A stretch of 64,000 nt of DNA from positions 19,196,805-19,260,804 of the forward strand of contig OZ316894.1 of the NCBI GenBank assembly GCA_973895155.1. The letters are read 5' to 3'. Position numbers and translations under genes: made by a program. Origin of the DNA: Marsupella aquatica (lineage: Eukaryota; Plantae; Marchantiophyta). How positions within the stretch are numbered: position 1 is the stretch's first letter; the number at the start of each line of letters is the position of its first letter. Positions 39,920 through 53,699 of the stretch are shown piece by piece. The notes below the pieces were generated by a model, which was given only the letters and a program-made list of their open reading frames with translations, made no database searches and was not told the origin of the DNA.

Positions 39920-40432
39920 CCGTCTTCCCCTGAACACAGCGCCCGGGCGCTATATTCGAATAGTGAGCCCTGGGCGTTGTGTTTGAGTTTTGACACTTTG
40001 TTTTGTATTTTTGTAACATGTGGTGTTGTGTTCGAATATTGGTGTTGTGTTTGAAAATTAACGTTGTGTTTGAATAGTGGCATATAATTATAATGATAAG
40101 CATATAATTATAATGTGAAACATATTTGCTTTCAGTGTGCTCATTGTTGATAACTTTCTGTTTGCTTTCACAATGTCCTCACTCGGACAACATAATGTCA
40201 ACTTCGAACACTTCATTGTAACAGAAGACACTACAGCAAACCCCTCACTCAAACATAGTGCCCAAGTTTGAACACAACGTCATCCCCAAACACAATGCCA
40301 AATTCGAACACAGCGCCTGGGCGTTGTGTAAAAGTGGCGTTGTGTTCGAAGAAAACATGCTTTTTTGTATAAGGACACTAAATTTTCAACTTTCGAACAC
40401 AACGCCTGGGTGCTGTGTTCGGGGGAAGACGG
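39920..40432. mobile_element. Tc1/mariner-type MITE
   Basis: TIRs CCGTCTTCCCC-GAACACAGC.../...GCTGTGTTCGGGGGAAGACGG flanked by TA on both sides; internal GAACACAAC repeats; related end fragment at about 60980-61031. Confidence 0.85.
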
Positions 40433-43400
40433 TAGGCTATCTCTTTAATTTTAAGTTTGAAGCTTTGAGACACCCTAGTGTAACCTGTTTTCACAAAAAA
40501 ATCCAAACATTTTCCAGAAATATTCCTGGTATGCACACCCTATGGTGGGAACTGAATGGGACTTGTCACCATCATCTCATTGGTTCACAGTGGAGGGCAG
40601 TCTATATATACCTCAAAAACCAGAATCTAGGGGAGATCTAGTTTCCACCAAAACCCGCATCCAAAAGAGTTTACATTTGCACCAAAAACTATTTCTGGTA
40701 TGGCGGTCCTCTGATAGGATCTGAATGGGACATATCCGTGTTATCTCATTGGTTCCATTGGTAAGATCTTCCACAAAAACAGCGTCCCAAAATAATTTAT
40801 ATTTTTCAAGAAAACACCATAAATTATTTCTGGTAAGTGGGTCCCTATGATGGGAAGTGGATGCGATATATCAGGGTGATCTCATTGGTTCAGCATAGAG
40901 GGTAATGTATGGCTCAAACCCTAGGCAGCTCTGTGTGTCTCACAAAACATTGCACCTTAAGTCTTTCACATTGGAGTTAGAATTTGATATTATACACTAC
41001 CCTATACATGTATTGATACCTGACTGCCCAGGTATACCAGGCCTAAATTCCTATACCTTACATGGTGTGCAATCTGCACATTTTTTTTAGATATTTTGAT
41101 ATTAGTCCACATTTCTTGGACCCTATAATCCTACTAGACTCATACCCTACCTTGAGGCTATAGGAGCCCCCCTAAACCTTTACTATACAAGTATGCTCTA
41201 AAGGGAAGGGACCCTTTTAGAGTTGAAATTGTTGTTATATGTAGGCATTCAAGGGTAATTGTTTTACTGGTGAAATTTAGCCACATTTTTAGAGTCTAAC
41301 TAGTGCAGCTTGATTACCTCTCAGTCCTTGAAAGTACATAAAGTTGAGGAGACCAAAAAAACCTTGCAAAACATTGTTCCCCCGACATATTGTTCATATT
41401 TGCCCCATACTTGTTTTTTGGTGTCCACCGTCACTTTCAGTTATCTTCTCATTTGATATGGTTTAGAGTTGTCACTCTAGACCCAAGAAGTACTGTAGCT
41501 TTTGATACCACTTTATTGTTACTATGATTAGCCAGCCACCTCACACCAAGTCACAAACCCGATATTTGTAATCTGATGGTTCTTCGTTAAATCTAGGGAT
41601 TTCAAGAATGAACCTCAGAATAGAAATAGAAAATATTCAAGAAGCCTCAAAAACTGCCCTATGGATCATCGATCTGACTGCTCTTCCTAAATCTAGGGAG
41701 ATCTGACATCACAAATGAATCTCAATCTAAACAGAATATACGCAAAAGAACCTTAAAGATTTGCCTTATGGATCAGAAACTGAAGAAAAGATAAACCACC
41801 ATGTTGGACAGTGCTCCCATGGACCATATTTTGGTTGTCCATAGGAGTTTAGGGCTCATAACTTAATATTATGAGTCCTACAATATTTCCCTGTTTTGCA
41901 AGGCAAGTGGAGAAGGAGGAGACTGACATATCACAAGCCCAAATATTTCATATTAGCACAATGAAAATCATTCCAAAGAAATTTACCCTCCCTCTGCAAT
42001 GTATGATGATAAACTCAATCAAAATGGCCAAAAGTGCACTGTCACTTTGATGGAAGTTTAGCTTACCTTAACCTCTAGCTGCATATCTCCAAAACCAACA
42101 AAATATTTGAATTTATGAATATCTAGTTACTACAATTACAAGTTTTGGAGTTACTCTCATGAATATCTAGTTACTACAATTACAAGCTTTAATTAGTCTC
42201 TTAAGAACCATTAAAGAATTTTCCAGGAACCTTAGTGCAGAATAATCGTATGGTCTATCCTGGCTTGAGTGGCTTCAGCTTTGTTTGTTTTTTTCTCATA
42301 TTTGTTTTGCCAGGTGGCTATGTTGGAGGGATTGCCACTCTTTCATTTTCTTTTTGGGGAAGAACATCGATGATACGTCTCGCTGACATCATTGGAGACG
42401 TTTGACCTGAACTATTTTCAAAATCTTTTCCTCGCTCTATATCCGGTCAATCAGACCAGGTCCCAAGCAAATTTTATTGTCCCTAAATTGGGCACAGAAA
42501 GTCTGGAGGACGTATCACAAGGCAGTTTTCGATATATTTATTCGAGAAAAACACAGCCAGTTTCCTATACATTATTTTAGAGAAAAACAGCCCGATGATG
42601 ACCCTACAAAATGATCACTCCGTCAAAGATGTCAGGGCAAAAAAAGGAAATTTATAAAATTCACTTGCTACTGTGGTAAGAGGAGGAGTGGGCCCTTGGT
42701 GGAGCCTCTTACTAAGAGTCACAAACGAATTTTCTGGGGAAGGTCGTCCGTAATGCACAACTCACCGTAACCAATTTACAGTCACAAGGACAACAAAAAA
42801 GGCATGACACTGGGAGCTTTAAGGACATTTGATTGTAAACAAGTTTGAAATCCATTTTGCGTTCGCATTCATAACGGTTCAAATGTGGTCAGAATCAAAT
42901 GAGAATTGGTTTTTTGGAAAACTCATTCCAAGCCCTTTCTAACAAGCGTAGGAAGTAAATAGGTTATGAAAGAATTCAGCTCAAAAGATGTTCATCCAAA
43001 GCCAATTGTCAAACATGCAAAGAAAGAAATTTTTAAACTTAACAGTCTATTATTATTATGTATATAACACTGCCAAAAAGATAGGAACTCCAAACCTAGA
43101 GACATGATCCAAAGGCAAAAGGACCCAACAAAGGGAGTGAAAAAAGGGAGACACCCCAAGAAAACCAAGGGGGCCAACAAACGAGTGGGCCTTATTGAGA
43201 AGAAAACAAATGTCTGGACTTGATGCATCCCAGTTGCAAACAAGTATCATCATCATCATCGACAAGATCATCATTAACAACAAGCCTTTAGACTAGCCCG
43301 TGCATCAGTTTCTGGAAAGAACTGGATAATTTAGGAACAGCTTTGAAGCTCCGATAGACCACTCAATTCAGATGACATCAACGTTTTACAATCATGAGGA

Positions 43401-46400
43401 CAAGAAAAAGGCGTCAGACTGACTCTTTATGTTAGTTGAGGACACCTTGAAATCCACTTTTGCTTTTGCCATTCAGAACCTTCTAAATGTAATCCAAACC
43501 AAATGAATTTTGTTTGCTCTAATAAACCTCATTCGAGATCCTTTTTAACAAGCTGAAGTGGACCTTGAGAACGTGACGGACTACCAAAATCCAAGCAACA
43601 AATAATTATCCATCCTCATTGGTCAGATTTTGGTTTACACAACATTTTTTATTTGTAATGTAAACTGTACTAGTTGATTTTTTGCTTAGATGCAATGCAA
43701 GGGTTTAGGGTTTTTTTATGCTTGGATGCAATGCATCCCAGTTGCAAAAATTCATCTAGGCATATCATCAACTAACCTTGAGGTTCACTCATGCAGACAA
43801 CAGAAACTTTCGGGTCATTTAAAAACAGAGCTATAAGAGGGACAATCAGATGCTCATCTTTGGGCATCAGTTTGCAGTGGGCGTTCCTGGCGGTTGTGAG
43901 ACAGTTATTGCGGGTATTCGTACTACCTTGGACCTCCACCCTGATTGGGTTGTCCTCTAGGTTGATGTCTCCAATGCTTTCAATACGGTTTCTCGGGCAG
44001 CAATTTTTCGTGCTTTGAGGGCAGCGGATCCAGACATCCAGTCCCTTATCCCCTTTGTCCATTGTTTTTATGGGTTCGAGACCCCCCTCTTCTATAGTCA
44101 TCACACCTCTACAGGAGTGTATACCACTCTTTCTTCTGCAGAAGGTAGACGTCAGGGTGACCCTTTGGGTGGGCCTCTTTTTGCCATTGCCCATTTTACT
44201 GCTTTACGGGAAGCCTCCGCGGCCCACCCCCAGTGTATCTTCCCCTCCCTTTCAGATGACACCCACATCATTGGTCCACCTGTTGCTGTTACTTCTGCCC
44301 TCGCCACCCTTTCCACCCATTTGTTGGGCCTCGGTTTACGAGTTCAGCCGGTGAAGAGTCGTGCATGGAGTCCAGCTGGGTTACCCTCTGATCTTGCGCT
44401 TCCCCCTGGGTTCTTACGTCCTGCCGACGGTCTTTGGGTCCTTGGCTCCCCAGTCGGTACCGCCTCCTTTTGCTCATCTTTCATTGCTGACGCTCTCCAG
44501 GCTGCCTTAGCCCCTACTCCTATGCTCCCTAAGTTAGCAGACTCTCAGGCAGCATTTGGGTTGTTGTTGAGATGCATCCACCCTCGTGCATCCTATTTGG
44601 CTCGGACACATCCCCCTACCGAGGATCTTTATCTACACCTCCGAGCGTTTGATGTCTCCATTCGTGAGACTTTGGCCTCTCTTTTAGGGCCAGGTACTTT
44701 ACTCTCATCTCCGTGGCTTCATCGATAGCTCAGTCTTCCTATTTCTCACGGTGGTTTTGGGCTTACTTCCACTGAGCGCCTTGCACCTCTGGCCTTCTTG
44801 GGCGCGTGGGCGGCCGCCTTCTCATTGTTGGCAGATCGTTTCCTTACTGAGGATCAACCTTTTTTACTTTCATCTCTCATGGAGGTCGAGGAGGGTTCCC
44901 TCCCATTTCAGGTTCATTTGCGCACGGCACGGTCATCATTACCCGATCCTGTTCGAGCTGCGTTACCTTCATTCCAGGAGTTTTTATCCTTGGACCCCGT
45001 CCGTCTTCAGGCAGACCTTGTTGGGCGTATGCACGCTTTCACCCTTTCCAGCATCCTCACCGAGGCACCTGACACGGACCGAGCTCGGATTCTTTCTTCC
45101 GGAGGGAAGGGCGCAGGAGGCTGGCTTGCCAATCCAGTCATTTCTCACCTGCGGATGTCTTCAGCAGAGTTTGTGATAGCCATGCGTCTTCGTATGGGCT
45201 TGCCCCACCCAGTTCTTGCTGGTTTACCTCCTACTTGCACTTGTGGGAAGCCTTGTGATGCCACAGGTGTCCATCTTCTTCGATGCAGTTTGGGCGGCGA
45301 AACCATTTTTGTTCACGACGCTGTGAGAGATGCAACTGCTCAGGTTCTCTCTGGCTCTTTGGTCTGCGCGCGGCGGGAGGTGGTGCTCGAGTTACTGTTG
45401 GGTATTTACTCTTACGTCTAGGTTAGGTATGACGTGGTTGGTACAACAACGTGGGTTGGTACAACTACGTGGTTAGGTACAACTACGTAATTAGGTACAA
45501 CTATGTGGTTAGGTACAACTACGTGATTAGGTACAACTATGTGGTTAGGTACAACTAAGTTGCACACTATATCATAAGAGGCATGTGTGCTTGGAGAGGT
45601 AGAACCAAGGCTCATTGTTATGGAGCCACTTGAGAGATAGGGAGAGCTTACACTGTGGAGACTCGGTATAGCCGACGGGCTTAGAGTTCAGTAAAGCTCT
45701 CTTGTGTGTTCCCGTGGACGTAGCCTCAAGGAGGTGAACCACGTATCTCTTGTGTCGACTATTGTGCGTTGGATGGTTCATGGGCTTGCCGTTGCGATCG
45801 TCGTCTATGCTCAACAATTGGTATCAGAGCATGCTTGGGAGGTGACATTTGTTCGTGACGGGATTTCATGACGGTTTTTCCAGCGTTGAGTGTTGGTGGA
45901 TTTTCCAGAGTTCCATCGCATGGAACTTGGAGTTTATGGGCTCAACGGATAGATCAGGGCAAGAGCTTTCTAACGGTGTGAAGAAATCGTTGAACGGAGC
46001 TCGTGGTGCAGAGAGATCTAAGTTTTTGTCGTTCTGGATTTTGTGAAGAAAGTTGGCAATCGACTCAGAGGGAGAAGCGTCAAGTGTTTTGACTCAACGG
46101 AGAGATTGAGGCAAGACGATTGTTTTTGAGTCCGGGATTGGCTCTTTGATGCAAAGAGGAAGGCTAAGCAAAATCAATTACCTTGTTGGACTTGGTGACG
46201 ACACCAAGTGCAATTGATCAACATTCGTTGTTGACAAGGTACCATTTTTTTCTCTTTGAAAAACTGATTCGAAATTGGCTATGGCAATTGAGAGAAATCT
46301 GTCATCTTTACCAATTTTTTTCTCCCTCGTTCTTTCCTCGTTTTGGGTGCTTCTTATATCGATCTTCATCACCTCGGAGTCTAGTTTCCAAATCTGAAAT

Positions 46401-46970
46401 CGGATCTTGATTTAGTCAAAACTCGAGTGAGATATTTTGCGTTTGGTGTCGAGGGGTACATTCTGCCGTGTGTACTTTCTGCGCGCGCGACCAGATTTCG
46501 ACGACGAAGGGTGGTAGGGGGTTTTGGGGGTTCGAGGACACATGTCAGCCCCTCGATTGTTCTTCCAAAATTCCCACAGGGCCTGTACAAGGGTCATAGA
46601 ATATTCCAAAAAACCAGAGAGCTATTTTTTGACCGTCCGACAAAGATTTCATCCGCCGAACGGTAACTTTTTTGGTTATTTTTTGGCGAGGTCGTAGCCA
46701 TTGAAGTTGGCAATGCAGCGCACCAATCACATCGCAATTCCGACAACGGGTTGTACTTGGTATTTCGGTTATTCCCTGAGGTGGTCAAAACGGGGGAGTT
46801 TCCCAAGGTTTTACCCACCTCGACCGAAATTTGAATAACTTTTCCGTCAAATTTCGATTTTGATTTCGGTTTTCAGTATTGGACTCCTAGCTTTGTGGGC
46901 TACGCGGCGGTGTTGAGTTTCGAGTTTTTTGAGAAGTTGTGAAAAACAACATTTTTTGTGACTTTCTCAT

Positions 46971-48005
46971 ATGAGTGATTCGGAGGAGTTTTTCGAAGAC
47001 GTGGAACTTGAAGCACGAGGGTCACCGCGGAGGTTTCAGGGGCAGAGAGAGGAGCAGGAGGAAGAGCACGTGACACCGATACCATCACCGGTGCGGCGTG
47101 TGGTGGAGGAAGCAGTACTACTACCGGAGCTCACGATAAAGAAGAAGATGGGGACTTTCAAGCTTGGGGGACCCAAGTATGAAGTGACAAAGTATGATGG
47201 GCGCTCTGACTACTTGCTATGGGAGAAGCAGGTGAAGGGAGTGCTTTATGCGTCAGGGATGGGCCAACTGCTGAGCCCTCGTGAAGACGATGTTGATGAG
47301 AAACAATGGGACCGCATGCAGGAGCAGGGAGTGTGGTGTGTTACACTCTATCTCATGCCTCCCATCATCAAGCAGTTGGGTGCACATAAGGATTGCATGT
47401 CCTTGTTTGCGGAATTGCAGAGCAAGTATCACCGCAAGGAGTTGTCGAACCGGCTCTACACTTTCTACAAACTGATGAGTTTCAGGATGAAGGAATCTGG
47501 TACGAAGTTGCAAGACCATGTGGATGCTTTCAACGACATGGTTGTTGACTTGGAAAACCTTGGGGAGACTTTGAATGATGAGACGAAGGCTCTGCAGCTT
47601 CTTAGTTCATTGCCTCCATCTTACCAGTCCCTATCACGAGTGTTGTTGCATCGTGATAGGGATACCATTTCATAGAATGACGTGGTAAGTTCTCTGCTTA
47701 GTGATGATCTTCAGCAGAAGATGCACATCACGTCACAGCCTTCATCATCTGGTGTTGCCCTCAATGTTAACCGTGGGAGGAGTATGCAGCGACCAACTGG
47801 GGACCGTAGAACCCAGTTTAGATCTAAATCCAGATCTAAGTCCAAGGGTAAATCCCCTCAGAGGAGGCAGGTGACATGTTGGAAGTGCAACCAAGTTGAA
47901 CACTTCAAGCAAGACTGTAAGGGAAAGGCAGCGGAAACTTCATCGGCAAATGTGGCTAGGGCTGATGGAGAAGCTGATTTACTCAATGATGAGTATGTTT
48001 TATGA
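46971..48005 (+). pseudogene. gag: Copia gag with a premature TAG at 47673-47675
   Basis: Near-identical to copy-1 Gag, split into 234-aa and 107-aa ORFs. Confidence 0.93.
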
Positions 48006-51000
48006 AGCCGGGGGTATGCCCTGTGCACGTCATCTAGGAGAGCAGATGATGTGTGGATTCTTGATTGTGCTTGCTCTTTTCATATTTGTTACATTCGTGA
48101 GTTTTTCAGTTCTTACTCTGTTTCAAACGGTTCAGTTCTGATGGGAAATGATCACTCCTGTCAAATTAAGGGAATTGGGTCTGTGAAGATTCAAATGTTT
48201 GATGGCGCTGTGCGCACAGTATCCGGAGTCAGGTATGTACCTGGCATGCGTAAGAATCTGATTTCACTCGGTGTGTTGGATTCAAATGGTCATCAATGGA
48301 GCGTTATTGATGGTGAACTTCAAGTCAGGTCGGGAGAGACAGTGATTTTGAAGGGGAGTAGACAAAAGAATTTGTATGTGTTACAGGGCAATACTGTATG
48401 TGGAGAGGCCAATGTAACCAAGTCTCACGAGGAGATGACTCAACTGTGGCATTCACGGCTAGGCCACATGAGTGAGAAGGGTTTGGCTATCTTACGGAAG
48501 AATGGACTCATTTCTGATTTGCAATCTTGTAAATTAGAGTTTTGTGAGCATTGCATTCTTGGAAAGTAGCATCGTCGTGCTTTTGGTGTTGGAACTCATC
48601 GTTCCAAAGCGGTTCTTGAGTACATACATAGTGACGTGTGGGGTCCATCCCCGACTCCCTCACACTCTGGAAAGTTGTACTATGTATCATTTATTGATGA
48701 TTACTCAAGATTTTGTGTGGATTTATTTCATGACGCATAAGTCTGATGTCTTGTCCATTTTTAAGAAGTGGAAGGCCCAGGTGGAGAATCAGACTGGAAA
48801 CACGATCAAGTGTTTGGATACAAGGGTGAAGAGTCTGAGGTCAGACAACGGCGGGGAGTACACTTCAATGGAATTTGAAGAGTACTGTTCAGAACAGGGG
48901 ATAACTCGCCATCTCACCACAGTTTATACTCCGCAGCAGAATGGTGTCGCTGAGAGGCTCAATCGGACACTGTTGGAGCGGTCACGGAGTATGTTGAGCC
49001 AATCAGGTTTACCACAAGAATTTTGGGCAGAAGCTGTCAATACCGCAACTTATTTGGTAAATCTTTCTCCTTCTAGTGCTATCAATTTCAAAACGCCGTT
49101 TGAGATGCGCTATAAGCGGCAAGCAGACTATCATGGCTTGGTAGTTTTTGGAAGTGATGCATATGCTCTCACACCAAAGCAGAATAGGACCAAGTTGGAT
49201 CCTACCTCCAGGAAATGTGTTTTTCTTGGGTACCAGAGTGGTGTGAAAGCCTATAGGCTATGGGATCCTATTGCCTGTAAGCTCGTTGTCAGTAGGGATG
49301 TTTCCTTCAATGAATCCAGATTATTGAAGGAGGGGGAGAATACTCAGGTCTCCCGTACTGACAAAGGAAAATCTCCTATCCCGGATCTCGTTGAGGGGGA
49401 GATTGGTTATGAGGTGCATGACCGGAGAGAAGGAGTTGCTCCAATTATGGAGCTGGTTCCTGTGCCAGAGGAACCAGAGGAGTTTGTTGATGCTGGTGAG
49501 CAGCAAGTGGATGCTGTTGAGCTTCAAATTGTACCAGCACACGCAGATCAACCGGAGTCATCGGCTAGAAGAACATCTGGTCGCACTGTACGCGCTCCAC
49601 CAAGGTATGGACAGTGGGTTGATTCATCTCAATTGCAAGAGGATGATTTTACAGCTGATGATGAGGGTGATGCGTTAATTTTGGAAGAAGGAGAACCTTC
49701 TTCATTTCATGAGGCAAGTGCTTCAAAGGAGAAGCAAAAGTGGACTGCAGCAATGCAAACGGAGATGCAGTCACTAAAGGACAACAAAACTTGGGAGCTT
49801 GTTAAGCTGCCTAAGGGTCAGCAAGTGGTGGACAGCAAGTGGATTTACAAGCTGAAGGATAATTCCATAGGAGGTGGATCGAAGGTCTACAAGGCTAGAT
49901 TGGTAGCAAAGGGATTCACACAAGAGAAAGGTGTGGATTACAATGAGGTCTTCTCACCAGTTGCTAAGTACTCTACAATACGACTATTGTGTGTACTTGT
50001 TGTAATGTTTGGTCTGCTCCTAGATCAGATGGATGTTGTCACAGCTTTCCTCTATGGCACATTGGAAGAGGTGATCTTCATGAGACAACCGCTAGGTTTT
50101 GTGAAGAGAGGACAGGAGGAATTGGTTTGCAGATTGTTGAAATCCTTGTATGGGTTGAAGCAGTCACCAAGACAGTGGAACAAGCGGTTTGACGATTGGA
50201 TTCGGTCACAAGGTTTTCACAGAAGTGTATTTGACCCTTGTGTGTATTTGAAACCGGTGAAGAATGTTGTCTTTGGGTTTATTGTTTTAGTACTTTATGT
50301 GGATGACATGCTAATTGCAGCCAAGGATAGGTCTGAGATTGTTAAGCTCAAGGCACTGCTTAGTGCAGAGTTTAAGATGAAGGACTTAGGGCCAGCTAAG
50401 AGGATTTTGGGTATGGAGATCACTAGGGACTTGGAGGCTGGCAAGCTATGGTTGACGCAGAGCAGCTATGCGAGGAAGGTAATTGCAAGGTTCAACATGG
50501 AGAATAGCAAGCCAGTAAGTACCCCGTTGGCTCCACACTTCAAGTTATCATCAGCGTTCTGTCCTACGGATGACATAGAGAAGGGGTTGATGTCAAAGGT
50601 TCCATATGACAAGGCAGTGGGGAGTCTCATGTATTTGATGACTTGCACTAGACCTGATCTTGCCATGGCTATGGGCAAGGTGAGCAGGTACATGTCGAAT
50701 CCAGGGAAGGTACACTGGGAAGCAGTGAAGTGGATTATCAGGTACTTGAAGGGTACCGTGGATCATGGTCTTTTATTTGATGCGAATGCAAAGAATGCTA
50801 GATCATTGATTGGCTATGTAGATTCTGACTATGGACAAGATTTGGACCGAAGGAGATCAACAACAGGATACGTGTTCACACTTGGCGGTGGATGCATAAG
50901 TTGGAGGTCTACTTTGCAGAAGTGTATTGCTCAGTCTACTACAGAAGCGGAGTATGTTGCAGCTGCGGAAGCAGCAAAGGAAGCGATTTGGTTGGATAGA

Positions 51001-51279
51001 CTTATCACTGAAATGGGATTGCCACAGGGGAATGTGAAGCTCCATTGTGATAGTCAAAGTGCGCTCCACCTTGCTGTGAACCAGGTGATGGACAGCAGAG
51101 TGAAGCACATTGACGTCAGGTACCATTTTATCAGGCAGGCTGTGTCTGATAATTTGTTTGAGCTAGTCAAGATTGATGGTAAACTCAACCCGGCTGACGC
51201 ATTTACCAAAGTGATTCCTTTGGAGAGTTTCTCTAGACACCGTGACGTATTGCAGGTTTTGCAATTGCATCACAAGTAG
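48006..51279 (+). pseudogene. pol: Copia pol with a premature TAG (48567-48569) and a 1-nt insertion frameshift near 48711
   Basis: Near-identical to copy-1 Pol, broken into two ORFs in different frames. Confidence 0.93.
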
Positions 51280-52969
51280 AGTTTTCTTAAACATTCATTG
51301 TAATTACTGATATATGCTCTTCCTCATTCCTATGTATTAGGCTACGGCTTAGTTCTGGTTTGCTCTAGTTAGAGAGGGAAACCGGTTTGGTTCTGTCCAG
51401 AACTTCCCGCTGAGGGATCATATACATTGGCAGTATTACTCTCCCCTAGACCAGAGTCAAGGGGAAGATTGTTGGGTATTTACTCTTACGTCTAGGTTAG
51501 GTATGACGTGGTTGGTACAACAACGTGGGTTGGTACAACTACGTGGTTAGGTACAACTACGTGATTAGGTACAACTATGTGGTTAGGTACAACTACGTGA
51601 TTAGGTACAACTATGTGGTTAGGTACAACTAAGTTGCACACTATATCATAAGAGGCATGTGTGCTTGGAGAGGTAGAACCAAGGCTCATTGTTATGGAGC
51701 CACTTGAGAGATAGGGAGAGCTTACACTGTGGAGACTCGGTATAGCCGACGGGCTTAGAGTTCAGTAAAGCTCTCTTGTGTGTTCCCGTGGACGTAGCCT
51801 CAAGGAGGTGAACCACGTATCTCTTGTGTCGACTATTGTGCGTTGGATGGTTCATGGGCTTGCCGTTGCGATCGTCGTCTATGCTCAACAGTTACCTGGT
51901 CCTCCATCACAGCGGTTACGGGTGGATCTTACCATGGTCCGTGACGGTCACCGTACTTTGGCAGATGTAGTGGTGGCAAACCCATTGCGCCAAGACATCA
52001 TTGGGATAGCGGCAACAACGGCAGGGGCAGCAGCATCACGAGCAGCAACAACGAAGGAGGCCAAATATGTTGCACGAGCTTCATCTGATAGCTTCCTGCC
52101 CCTTGCTCTTGAGATATTTGGGCGTCTCCATCATCAGTTCGACGGGCTTCTTCGCCAAGCTGCTCGGGATGTTCACGGCCGGATGGGTCCCACCGGGCCC
52201 CCGCTATCTGTTTTGACCACGCACTTTCGCCAACGCATTTCAGTCACCTTACAGCGTGCTCAAGCTCGGGCCGTCTATCGTCGATCTCTGACAGTGGGTG
52301 CTAGTGTGACTCCGCAGCGGCTAGCCCCCCTAGAGGACATTCCTGTCCCACTTGCCGATCTCGTTTCGACACTTGATGTAGACCACTAGCTTGTTGCCAC
52401 ATTTGCTAGGTATGATGAGGACCTCGGTCCATTTGCGGTAGTTTTAGTTCCTCTTTCTTGGTTTTTAGGGGTTTCATTTTGCTCACTTCTTTTAGTTCCT
52501 CTTTCTTGGTTTTTAGGGTTTCCTTTTGCTCACTTCTTTTGCGTTTGGTTTTGTCCACTTGGGACCTCTCTTGTTTATTCTTGGCCTTTTTCTGTAAAAA
52601 GTATGTGTATATTCATTTGTATATCTCTCAATGAAGTTTTTGCTCATCGGCAAGATCTTAATTTACAAACAATTTCTAGCTAACCCAAAAAAAATCAGAT
52701 TTCAGATGTGGGGGGAGATAATGATGAATGAGTGAGTGAAATAGTAAATTAATGATGTTAAAATCCATGGAGGTTGCATGTTTGAGGGCTCATTTTTGTT
52801 ATAGCTGGACAATGAGGGATCTCAAAGTAGCCCCCGTCTTTTTTAGTCAGCGGTTGCAGGAGCCTATCCAAAACCCAACTTCCAGTAAAACTTTACCCAT
52901 TGGATTTTTGTTCACAACACCAGCCCATAGTTAGCTTACCATTATTGGGTTTTTAATCCATTTATTTTA

Positions 52970-53310
52970 TGTTGAACATAGATGACAATCGCAATGGCAA
53001 GCCCATGAATCATCCAACGCACAAGTACCAACACCAAGAGAGACGTGGTCCACCTCCACATCAGGCTAAGTTCACAGAAACACACAAGATATTTACTGCA
53101 CTCTAGGCCGACCGGCCATACCAAGCATCCACAGCACAAGGCCTCCCTATCTCTCAACTTACTTTGTTATAATGAGCCTGGGTTTCTCTTATCCAAACAA
53201 ACACTGTTTGGGTATAGTGTGTAACATGACTAACCTAACCTAGTCTGTGACTAAGGTTAGCCCTAATTCTAGTATAATCTTTACTCTAGATCTAAGAGTA
53301 AATTTTAACA
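52970..53310 (-). mobile_element. Diverged solo LTR related to the copia family
   Basis: TGTTGAACATAGA...AAGAGTAAATTTTAACA aligns with both LTR ends; flanks TTTTA/TTTTT; lacks the 18-bp array. Confidence 0.85.
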
Positions 53311-53699
53311 TTTTTCTGAAGGGTGCCAATGCCCAATTTATAATGCATACACTATGAACCGATAGCTAAGTAAAGAACATAAAAAAAATTGATAACCTTA
53401 GATTTTTGACCTATCCCAGCCTGCAACATTCCGCTCATGGCAAACATGCACTAAACAGCTGGTTTGAGACTCCCATGAATTAAAAACAAATTTTGGTTCT
53501 AGAAGCCCAGTCACTGAATTAAAAATGAAATTCGGACAAATTGGTCAAAAACGCGGAATCAGTAGACCCGGCGGCAAAGACAAAAATAACAGGCCATCAC
53601 CACCAAACCTTTCCAAATTACTTTATACAAATAGTAAAGTACACTTCCATTCAAGACACCAAAAAGGGATTCTATTATTTCTTTCTATTCCCCGCTGAC

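Larger units (their letters stand above)
45396..51890 (+). mobile_element. Full-length Ty1/copia LTR retrotransposon, copy 2 (coding-defective), nested in CRE copy 2
   Basis: 421-bp LTRs at 45396-45816 and 51470-51890 (1 difference seen); TSD GTTAC at 45391-45395 and 51891-51895; PBS TGGTATCAGAGC at 45819-45830; PPT at 51459-51469. Confidence 0.98.
43865..52612 (+). mobile_element. CRE-like non-LTR retrotransposon copy 2, 5'-truncated, interrupted by copia copy 2
   Basis: Same RT/RLE sequence as copy 1; the frame ...REVVLEL|PGPPSQRLRVDL... resumes after 51890; T-rich 3' UTR. Confidence 0.9.

Noticed and set aside
43851-52648. TGCTCATC as the TSD of CRE copy 2
   Set aside because: Offset from both apparent element ends; may be chance.
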